Origin: a virus
Taxonomy: Duplodnaviria > Caudoviricetes
Virus record (IMG/VR): IMGVR_UViG_3300020183_000232
Location: 1-36,769 of that record
Direction: 5' to 3' (one strand)
DNA length: 36,769 nucleotides
In this document: positions 12,501 through 19,050 of the stretch, in pieces
Layout of the letters: each line of letters begins with the position of its first letter
Position numbering within the stretch: the stretch's first letter is position 1
Program-made: the position numbers and the translations under genes
The notes under the pieces: generated by a model
Told to the model about the DNA's origin: nothing
Databases searched by the model: none
Seen by the model: the letters and a program-made list of their open reading frames with translations, nothing else

Positions 12501-15500
12501 CGAATATTAATACTCTAGTTGGTATTTTAACGGTTGCTATAGGTAATAGTAGTCTTTCTGGTATTCCAACTGAAAATTATGGAACAACTGATTGTGCTGA
12601 TGTTAGAACTTCTTTAGGAAACTATGTAGGAATTATAACAACTATTATTGGATTAGGTACATCTTTTGCTCCAACTATGACATATCCGTCACTTACATTG
12701 GGTGGTGGAATAGTTGGACTTACTACCTTTAAACTGAAAAATAAAGGAACAAGTCTTTTTAAACATGTTTTTAATTCTGCATCTGAAAATGTAATTTCTC
12801 TTTCTAGTAATACACTGACTATTTTTAATCATAATTATCAAACAGGTCAAGAACTTGATTATAATTTCTCTGACGGAAGTCCAATAGGAATAGCTACAAC
12901 TTCTTATGTTGGATCTGGTGCTACGGTGTTAATGCAAGTGCATAAACTAACAGGTACTGCAATTTTTGAAAATGGATATTCCGTTGCTATAACAACTTCA
13001 GTTACAGGAGTTTCTACAGTATTATCTCCAGTTGGACCAACTTCTAAACTGTATTTACAAGCTGTAGGACTAGGTACTGCTGGAATTGGAACTAATGCAA
13101 GATTTAATATACTTATAAATTATAATTCATCAACCGGACAACCAATTTCAACATCAGTCATATTGATGGAAGGTGGAAGAAGTTATTCTGTTGGACAAAC
13201 CGTTTCTATCGCTGGAACTTATCTCGGTGGAGTGACACCAACAAACGATTTAACTTTTAAAATATCTTCAGTAGGACCTACAGGTATTCAAACTAGAGCA
13301 AATGAAACATACTTAAATGTTCCTTCTACAGATACAAATGGAGCAATTTTCAATGTAACGAGAAATGGTTCTGGATATGTATCAGTAGTTGATGTTGTCC
13401 AAGGCGGTGTGGGATATGCCACAACCTCTATAGTATCTATAGCCGGAACTTACCTGGGTGGATCAAGTTTTGATTTTGTAAGTTTCTCTCCGGCCGTTCT
13501 TGGATCAAAAATATTACCTAAAACTGTATTTGTATATAAGTTAAGTGATAATCAGTTTGGATTGCTTGGATTATCTACTAGTTCAACATTTTTAAATATA
13601 ACTCAGTTAGGAATTGGATCACATAGTTTGAGTCTTAAAAATCCTAATGCAAATGCATTTATATCAATTGATAATATTGTTCAACCACCTTTATCTAGAA
13701 CTTCATTAATTATTGGACTATCATCAGCAGTTTCTACTGCAACAACTACAATCTTAAATATTTCTTCAGGAATAACATCTGTAGTTGTTGGTGATGTTAT
13801 TGCATTAAATAATGAATATTTAAATGTAAAAAATGTTTTATTAAGTCAAAATAAACTTGATGTAGAAAGAGGTTCTTTTGGATCTACTATTGGAATACAC
13901 AGTGTTGGTATAGCTGGAACTGTATTTAAAGGTAAATTTAATATAGTTGGAGATACTATAATTTTTGCTACTGCACCATATGGACTAACTGGTCCAACAG
14001 GAGTTCAGACGGGATCATCATTCTCTGGAAGAGTTTTTTCCAGACAAATTAATGCGAATGAACCAAGAGATAAAAATATTATACTAGATGATATTTCAAA
14101 TTCATTCACTGGTATAGCTGCAACTCAGTTTACTGTAAAGGTTGATGGTAACACGACCACGACATTATTTAATAATGTTAATAATAGTAGTAATATCAGC
14201 AATAATCCATTAATTTTTATCAATGGTGTTTTTCAAACTCCATCAGTTGATGTAACAGTTGAAAATTCAATAACTAACTCCTTGGCATTTCTAAGTGGAA
14301 CTCCATCAGCAGGAAGAATTTCTGTAGTTTCGATAAGTACTTCTTTTGGATATCAACCAAGGTTAGTAGCATCAGCTGATGCAATAGTTTCTGCTGCCGG
14401 AACAATATCATCAATTGTTGTTAATGGTGGTGGTTCAGGGTATAGAAATGCTCCGCCAGTCAGTTTAGCTTCTACGATTGGGTATGGAGCAAGTTTGGTA
14501 GCATTTGTCGGTACAAGTGGAACAACTTTGGGAATTGTTACTTCTATAAAAGTTGTTACGCCTGGAATTGGATACACTATAACCTCGCCACCAACCGTTG
14601 TAATTGGAATACCTACTGGATATAGTAATCTTGGTTTAGCGTACACTGGAGGAACATCTGGCGTGGGCCAGCAAGCTAAAATAACAGTAGAGGTTGGTTC
14701 TGGATCGAGTATTATTGACTTCAAATTTGATAATCCTGGAATTGGTTATAAAGTTGGCGATAAATTAAAAGTGGTTGGGATACCAACGGTTCATAGTGGA
14801 CCGTTAACAGAATTTGTTTTAACGGTAGATGTAGTAGAAACCGACTCATTTAGTGGATTTTATCCGGGTCAATTTATTAAATTCAATGATATCAGCAATT
14901 CTTTTAATGGATTTAGAAAGAAATTTACCCTAAGCACAGAAATTAATGGAGTGACTGAAATTATTAATTTAAGAACTCCAACTGGAAGTGATTTAGATAT
15001 AACAAACAATATATTCATATTCTTAAATGATATTTTACAAGATCCTACGTATTCTTATACGTTTAGAGGTAGTAGAGTTATCTTTACTGAAGCACCGATA
15101 GCCGGATCAAAGTGTACCATTTTATATTACAGAGGATCTTCTGTAGATGTAAGTGAAATAACTCCACCGAAAACTATAAAAGAAGGTGATACTGTTACTA
15201 TTCAAGAAAGTGCAACTGATATTTTTGATATACAACAATTTGATAGAGTTGTAAAAACTTTAACTTCTTCGGACCAGTTGGATACTTTCATTTATTCTAG
15301 TATTGGAATTGATGATGATGTTTCTAAATTTAGACCATTGACATGGAAAAAACAAAAACAAGATAGAATCATTTCTGGCACGTTGTTCTCTAAATCTAGA
15401 CCTAGTGTACAAGCTAATATTTTTCCAAACGCGCATATAATTAAAAAAATAGAGGCTTCAGATGATGTAATTTATGTTGATAATGCTTTTCCACTATTTT

Positions 15501-17425
15501 CCGATCTTGATCAACTAAATGAAAATATTAGAGACATATTTATTACAGAAAATAGAACCGTAATAGATTCTATTGGTCAAGCAACAGTTTCGGGAGCATC
15601 AACAGTATCTTCAATAATTATTGCAAATGCTGGAGTTGGTTATGCAAATACTTTATCTCCCAAAGTTAGAATATCTACATCTTCTATAAAGAAAAAAGAC
15701 CCAATATATAATTGGAAATATGTGAATATCAGCGGAATAACTAGTTCATCTGTATTTAATAATATATCATACGGAAATCAATTTGTAGCAGTGGGAAATA
15801 GTTCTTTATTTGCTTATAGTTTTGATGGTCAACTTTGGACTACTGGTAATGTTGGAGTTGGAAGCACTGTTAATTTGAAGTCTGTTAAAAAAGTTAGTAT
15901 CGGATCCTCTGATATCATCTTAACAGTTGGTACTAAGGCAAAAATAGCTCAAGCTGTTGGATATAGTTCTACAATAACTTCTTGGGATCAAATTCCTTGT
16001 TTTGAAGAAATTACTCTAGTTGGAGTTGGTGTTATCGGCTATAATCCAACAACTTATAATGGGTCATTTAATTCTATAACTTATGGAAGTAATGGTTGGG
16101 TTGTAGTTGGAACAGGTGGATCTATATTTACTTCTTCTGGAATAATAACTTCAAGATTTGTAAGTAGATATTCCGGAGTTAATCAAGATTTGAATTCTAT
16201 TGCTTATGGTAATCAGTATTTTGTCGCAGTTGGTAGTAATGGAACAGTTATTTCCTCTGATAATGGAACTTCTTGGGAAATTAACCAAAGTGGAGTACCA
16301 TCATTCCAAAAATATAACGAAGTAATATTTGATGGAAGTAAATTTGTAGTTGTTGGTAATAATGGTACGATATTAAAATCTATCAATCGTACTCAATATC
16401 AAGTAGTTTCTAATAATATCAATTCTTCTGAAAATATTATAGACATAACTTACTTTGATGGGTTATATGTTGGTATTACTTCTGTAAATAAGATGTATTA
16501 TTCTTTTGATCTTCAAAATTGGACTTATAGAAATACTTTGCAATCAAACCAACTTAATGATGCTTTATTTGCAAATAGTTTAGGTTTGGATGGCACATTT
16601 GTTGCTGTTGGGGCTGCTGGAACAATTATAACATCGACTCCTGTTTATCACGGAGCTACTGCTCAATCCGTAGTAACTAATGGTCAAGTATCATCTATTA
16701 ATATAACAGATGGGGGATTTGGATATTTTAATTATGATATTCCAAGCGTTATAATAGAGTCTGAAATTTTTAAAAAAGAATTAATAAGGTCATTTAAGGT
16801 AAAAGGTGATTATGGAAACATCATCGGAGTAACTACTTTCTTAGCCGGAACACCAGGTATAGGAACAACTTCGCCAAAAATAGACTTTAGATTAAAATCT
16901 GAGACTTATGACAATAGTACTCTCGGTATTGGATATTCATCTCCAAATACTTTTGGTGTGACTGCATCTCAACTTCAAAAAGGAGATTATTTTGTTATTA
17001 GTCAAAGTAATGTTCAAACAGATGGAAGTTTAATAGGAATATCTACATTATTGGGCGGAATGAGTAACTATCCAAATTCTAAAATTGGAATAGCAACTAA
17101 TTTCTTAGATGGAGTTTATATTGTTGAAAATGTAACAACTCCTTTTGCAGGAATAGTAACAGTTACTTGTCATTTTGCGCCAGATTCTGGAACATCAGTT
17201 TCAGTTTCCGATAGAGGAACTTATGATTCTAATACTTCAACTTTCTCTGGCATTAATACTAATGGTTTTTACGGGAGATATAGTTGGTCTAAACTTTATG
17301 ATTTCCAAAATAGGTCACTATCTTTAGGTGGATCAAAATCTTTTGATGTGTATACAGATAATGGATTAACCGGTTTATCGACTTCTCCTAGGGTTATCAG
17401 AACAAGACCCAATTTAAGTAACTAA
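3554..17425 (+). CDS. gp7: Giant baseplate wedge initiator (gp7-like), multidomain virion protein, 4623 aa
   Basis: Located between gp6 and gp8. N-terminal SQIPQFLSEDSPLFVEFLRQYY and FYISKGTDSSYKFLFKVLYG; internal DNFYYQKFSYSLR…VHPSGF core motif; many GxGY beta-repeats, YHYH-like segments and BNR-like repeats. Confidence 0.85.
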   Translation: MSEIKRVKIDSIIESQIPQFLSEDSPLFVEFLRQYYKSLEHQSGTVDLASNINKYKSTSEFNPLKLVAATELSSNLLTYDTTITVDSTDGWPDTYGLLKINDEIITYTGITTNTFTGCIRGFSGIDSIESFENSEFLNFSKTSATEHSSGSEVINLSNLFLLKFYENFKYEFFLGFENRNFDENVSIENVLLNARNFYISKGTDSSYKFLFKVLYGSDIDVIKPNDFTLKPSSDTFFVTKNILVEKISGADPVNTKGNFLFQNTGISTATGSIFNIEFRPVSGKNLYEISLDSSSLSGTFRATGQTKILEDVQVGANNIIVDSTVGFEKSGKILVKPENSDFIEIFYTDKTSTQFLGVTGVTKKLNYGLFLVEDKFAYSYVGFGNTSKVEFRVVNVIQDIDYKTTNNLRVGDKIKLSSFGKNLLDDVRFNSWIYNIPTKHDVELSEQQSSNKFRFTLYDKISAYNQEKILVFDENSNFVQAEIIGIEFPISDQIKKYSNQILVQLTQVGINVNKIKCIQKTINKSNHYTNYFPDIVKYPTGVQNSYLGKDNKYFYVTSSGLPNYTIYVTDDKRTVQTFVQSNRPAEFQGFTSTFYVPSHNYSNGNLIFYNTNNFNSSGISTGYYYVTSVDPNNIKLSFSKSDIFSKKYLEAKSGISSDTIVIGGFANKTLNHQKILKKFPFTPTKVSSADDISKRTTNNKQVGLMVNGVELLSSTYYDENIFYGPIDSIDVTNKGVGYDVVNPPTIEIIDSSGLGAKAHANLSGKVEKIKIISPGIGYQSKPKINIFGGNGAGCSLESNLVKSRLSYGFKSEINVDDTNNIISFLTNIAFEDGEEIVYDSNTNLDVPGLVNGSSYYVGIVSDSKIKLYTTKEESLKKINEVNIIGVSSGFHYFSTLKSKNTITEIYVKDPGQGYSNRKVKVLSVLSFDNDTIGINTFDSYVFAPNHGFSDVELVTYSTTGTPISGLNTSHYYYIKVLDENKFKLSFAGVGISSLTTDNYVNKKYIKFESLGVGTHIIGYPPITISVEATSSLGSTSIISPILKPVVLGQIEDIYLETGGVSYGCTDIVNFHRRPFVGVSSIKSEASLVPIVVNGKIVDVKITNGGKGYREDSDIIITGDGDFAKIEPIINSEGKLVQTNIIDGGVGYGISNTSIRLENRGKSAKFLANLKQWKVDQVVKFQNYTNENDDSILLDPQNQELGLQVCSYYIPKKLRYQLSDNFTASNKETSGELRHSPIFGYAYDGNPIYGPYGYGNASGGAIRQIKTSYVLKAVTDPDIRPSSFQAGYFVNDYVYDGSGDLDEHNGRFCVTPEYPDGVYAYFYSVDIDISKVAKNRYPYIVGPTFNNIPLEENFLPIYNQGYDFFTNEVTRNVGPYYLNYSRSSYGLIDNVSDNYKQEFQITNLNSGTIQDVSIFSPGHNYKVNDLILLDNKGSGGTGANIVISKLKGKEIKNISVQSKSFSNVVFVPKYNQIEAQFDTPHQFYNLEPVTISGVSTISAIELEGLYKINVNDKVVQLIESIPTQAVTGISTFIKVKDISGFSVNDFIGIGTETLLITGISPQRSGFFVNRISNTGVHTSGIDDVVLLPKKFTFKTENPIAGVFIPNTTTFFDPKESVGTGFSGITRTVVGLGTTSFESRFIPAKSIYLPNHKFYTGQPLTYNAGLSGTPLYINKVGSGVSFTIVNNQTVYAVNLGKDYIGISTVGYTTSTGIGTDLACVEFWNIDQAFGVVGSAHSLTTQNQNLTASVNRVSGIVTTSENHGLSVGDQVEFKILSTLTESHKLFFDKINRKVLIGQYTFNNSNVSLSNNSIKNTSFRNIKNGTKVVYFADNPLGGLTNGRVYYIFKKDVDIISFCEYESDIFISKEIDITSPSSGGSQSIKIINPQITPYKGSIISFDLSDASLSDMSLDFYVDSNFTRKIEFIGLFNDGFAITRSGIPGQTNASITINTNVNEFPKVLYYKLNPISPLDQSKNQISTDEEVVSFNKITVIEHQLNTKINIDLINSDNAFSFNSVKNLTDTELQILPSANISYTTTSENADGPIEDVKVNFGGRGYLKLPTISRIVSDSGNNAVLKLISNDIGKIETLTRIKDGFDYPTDPTLSAQLSSIIVCGIKNIRTIDKIEILNAGKKYNTAPVLFVKNGGNIELKSSISGGSIVKVDIIKNSTSLSSPLEIIPIYNSNGYEIDAFTISGNDVTIELLNTPISYPLVNIGYGSTIVQFPFSIGDKIFIEKCTLTSQTSGLANFNSSSYDYTFFTVTGVSTSNNTITYSMSGISTGSFGTYDDERRGYVINKKDMASFEMVLKDDVTYQSSEKVVSPGFSGRIMENGWDDKLNQMRIIDSSGTFKIGDSLFGETSKITGVVEYLSSFELNSTLGAIRDKENSSNNDGILNEFQQRISDNFYYQKFSYSLRTNVPYSTWRESVRSIVHPSGFQEFSDYTLYTQPTSNEVLVGISKSENMKPKLLGSSSSLLFNIDSEVDFASIKNYALVYEDDLYPDGSTDKIFFTEGVELKPYILNETNKVLRIDDISPEFTGTTEVYLNGRYADAASLLELNNEFIQQEVLSFVQFNYPNIGLSTTYNVSYIVDAVTHDLKYNSNNLSVEAGLSYWNAGYSYTSAETDRILFAYNYVKFIGQYIINNQTPPTLYQTAVAQKFNFEIIQDPLNVTSTKFKNARNLILLNKREIQDRSLSAVAVGFPTGFYFPGDSQTNSRSRYYRAYQLIQINRTEIVNTAWNNTVAVYPAIAATEVSCKRDLGYLVDAISLDLFTGGNAYSRLFVLKYFDNGLPIVNGLVGEVAESTFAFGQAQTLMRTAVTNGLTLKNLNSTPGPTIFGGGGGNVAITSTAACTDVQNTIISLVGIVSTIISVGSTATLPIANPGTYNTGGLKCFRDLGYIIDGVAQDISYGTNQHTIYNTKKYFNGAGVALTNGLVGEESQSILVFETSKYFMKQAITNQLYARNLTIEPDPLTGVNTTTNSYLDIQTNINTLVGILTVAIGNSSLSGIPTENYGTTDCADVRTSLGNYVGIITTIIGLGTSFAPTMTYPSLTLGGGIVGLTTFKLKNKGTSLFKHVFNSASENVISLSSNTLTIFNHNYQTGQELDYNFSDGSPIGIATTSYVGSGATVLMQVHKLTGTAIFENGYSVAITTSVTGVSTVLSPVGPTSKLYLQAVGLGTAGIGTNARFNILINYNSSTGQPISTSVILMEGGRSYSVGQTVSIAGTYLGGVTPTNDLTFKISSVGPTGIQTRANETYLNVPSTDTNGAIFNVTRNGSGYVSVVDVVQGGVGYATTSIVSIAGTYLGGSSFDFVSFSPAVLGSKILPKTVFVYKLSDNQFGLLGLSTSSTFLNITQLGIGSHSLSLKNPNANAFISIDNIVQPPLSRTSLIIGLSSAVSTATTTILNISSGITSVVVGDVIALNNEYLNVKNVLLSQNKLDVERGSFGSTIGIHSVGIAGTVFKGKFNIVGDTIIFATAPYGLTGPTGVQTGSSFSGRVFSRQINANEPRDKNIILDDISNSFTGIAATQFTVKVDGNTTTTLFNNVNNSSNISNNPLIFINGVFQTPSVDVTVENSITNSLAFLSGTPSAGRISVVSISTSFGYQPRLVASADAIVSAAGTISSIVVNGGGSGYRNAPPVSLASTIGYGASLVAFVGTSGTTLGIVTSIKVVTPGIGYTITSPPTVVIGIPTGYSNLGLAYTGGTSGVGQQAKITVEVGSGSSIIDFKFDNPGIGYKVGDKLKVVGIPTVHSGPLTEFVLTVDVVETDSFSGFYPGQFIKFNDISNSFNGFRKKFTLSTEINGVTEIINLRTPTGSDLDITNNIFIFLNDILQDPTYSYTFRGSRVIFTEAPIAGSKCTILYYRGSSVDVSEITPPKTIKEGDTVTIQESATDIFDIQQFDRVVKTLTSSDQLDTFIYSSIGIDDDVSKFRPLTWKKQKQDRIISGTLFSKSRPSVQANIFPNAHIIKKIEASDDVIYVDNAFPLFSDLDQLNENIRDIFITENRTVIDSIGQATVSGASTVSSIIIANAGVGYANTLSPKVRISTSSIKKKDPIYNWKYVNISGITSSSVFNNISYGNQFVAVGNSSLFAYSFDGQLWTTGNVGVGSTVNLKSVKKVSIGSSDIILTVGTKAKIAQAVGYSSTITSWDQIPCFEEITLVGVGVIGYNPTTYNGSFNSITYGSNGWVVVGTGGSIFTSSGIITSRFVSRYSGVNQDLNSIAYGNQYFVAVGSNGTVISSDNGTSWEINQSGVPSFQKYNEVIFDGSKFVVVGNNGTILKSINRTQYQVVSNNINSSENIIDITYFDGLYVGITSVNKMYYSFDLQNWTYRNTLQSNQLNDALFANSLGLDGTFVAVGAAGTIITSTPVYHGATAQSVVTNGQVSSINITDGGFGYFNYDIPSVIIESEIFKKELIRSFKVKGDYGNIIGVTTFLAGTPGIGTTSPKIDFRLKSETYDNSTLGIGYSSPNTFGVTASQLQKGDYFVISQSNVQTDGSLIGISTLLGGMSNYPNSKIGIATNFLDGVYIVENVTTPFAGIVTVTCHFAPDSGTSVSVSDRGTYDSNTSTFSGINTNGFYGRYSWSKLYDFQNRSLSLGGSKSFDVYTDNGLTGLSTSPRVIRTRPNLSN

Positions 17426-17428
17426 ATA
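17422..17428 (+). promoter_or_regulatory. Possible late promoter variant (CTAAATA) upstream of gp8
   Basis: TAAATA box overlapping the gp7 stop codon, about 20 nt before the gp8 ATG. Confidence 0.5.
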
Positions 17429-17448
17429 AAAAAAAGTCTAATTAAAAA

Positions 17449-19044
17449 ATGCCTGCCATCATATCTGATCAGTTTAGAATCCTAAATGCAGAAAATTTTG
17501 TAAAGAGTGTCTCTGGTGTTGGAGATACTAGTAATAAATATTATACTTTTATTGGGTTGCCAAATTCTACTAGTGTTCAATCTGGTGGATCTCCAATCTG
17601 GATTAATAATACCCCTTCTCCACTAGATGGATTTAGAGAGGAAAATCAGATAAAAGAAAGTATTATTGCAATGAAACAAATTACTAGTCAAGATGTACGA
17701 AGACTGGTAAGAAAAGTTCAGTGGGTAAGTGGTAACACATATGAAATGTACAGACATGATTATAATGTATATAATCCCACCCCAGTAACTGGTAATACTA
17801 GTTTATATGAAGCAAATTATTATGTTGTTAATGAAGATCTTAGAGTTTATGTTTGTTTACAAAATGGAACAGATCCAGAAAATCCAAAAGGAAGGCCTTC
17901 TTATGATCAACCAACATTTATTGATCTTGAACCAAGAGCCTCGGGATCAAGTGGAGACGGATATCTTTGGAAATATGTTTATACGATAAAACCATCGGAA
18001 ATAATAAAATTTGAGTCCATAGAGTATATACCAGTTCCAGAAGATTGGGGAGTGACCGGAGAAAGTATTTCTACTAAAAATAATTCCATAGATGGAAAAA
18101 TTGAAGTTATTTTAATTTCTAATAGAGGAAGTAATTATCAACCAATTTCCACTTCATTTTCCAATGTACCAATACTAGGCGATGGAACGGATGGAAAGGC
18201 GACGATTACTATCGATTCTTTTGGAAAAGTTTCTGAAATTTTCGTTACAGAAGGTGGGAAAGATTATACTTATGGAACTATAGAATTTTTTCCTGGAGCT
18301 CCCGGAAGTGATATTAATGGACCTTTAGGTAAGTTAAGTAATACTGGTATTGGAACAACATCGAAAGCATCTTTTAATGTCGTTATTCCTCCTAAAGGTG
18401 GTCATGGGTATAATATTTACAGAGAATTAGGAGCTTATAGAGTTTTACTCTACTCTAGATATGAAACTTTAGATGCAAATCCAGATATCATTATTGGAAA
18501 TGATTTTGCTAGAGTGGGAATAATGAGAAATCCTACTGTTGTTAATAGTGACGTAGAAGTTCTTAATGCCTCCTTAGTTAGTGGACTTAAAGGATTGAAA
18601 TTAGCTGGAGTAACAACAAATACAACTTATGCTGTAGATTCTATTATTAAACAAACTGTTGGGTTAGGTTCTACCGCTATAGGATATGTTGCGTCTTGGG
18701 ATCCAATCACAGGAGTATTGAAATACTATCAACCAACTGGATTAGCATCGAGTGAATCTGGATATAAAATTATTCCTTTTACATCAACACCTGTTGCTGG
18801 ATATGGAATAACTATCAACTGTAATTCTATTATTGGACCAGCTTTATCTATAGATACTGGATTTATAGGTATTACTACCACAATAAATAATAGAATATAT
18901 CAGTTAGGTCTGAACTTTGTTTCCGGAATTTCTTCAGCAGAATATAACGTAAAGTCCGGAGAAATAATATACATAGATAACAGGGCCCCAATTCCAAGAT
19001 CTGCAAATCAAAAGGAAGATATCAAAGTTATACTGGAGTTCTAA
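17449..19044 (+). CDS. gp8: Baseplate wedge subunit gp8
   Basis: MPAIISDQFRILNAENF start, W..G..Y.MYRHDY, YYVVNEDLRVYVCLQNG, DGYLWKYVYTI, and C-terminal SGEIIYIDNRAPI.RSANQKEDIKVILEF. Confidence 0.92.
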   Translation: MPAIISDQFRILNAENFVKSVSGVGDTSNKYYTFIGLPNSTSVQSGGSPIWINNTPSPLDGFREENQIKESIIAMKQITSQDVRRLVRKVQWVSGNTYEMYRHDYNVYNPTPVTGNTSLYEANYYVVNEDLRVYVCLQNGTDPENPKGRPSYDQPTFIDLEPRASGSSGDGYLWKYVYTIKPSEIIKFESIEYIPVPEDWGVTGESISTKNNSIDGKIEVILISNRGSNYQPISTSFSNVPILGDGTDGKATITIDSFGKVSEIFVTEGGKDYTYGTIEFFPGAPGSDINGPLGKLSNTGIGTTSKASFNVVIPPKGGHGYNIYRELGAYRVLLYSRYETLDANPDIIIGNDFARVGIMRNPTVVNSDVEVLNASLVSGLKGLKLAGVTTNTTYAVDSIIKQTVGLGSTAIGYVASWDPITGVLKYYQPTGLASSESGYKIIPFTSTPVAGYGITINCNSIIGPALSIDTGFIGITTTINNRIYQLGLNFVSGISSAEYNVKSGEIIYIDNRAPIPRSANQKEDIKVILEF

Positions 19045-19050
19045 AATAAA

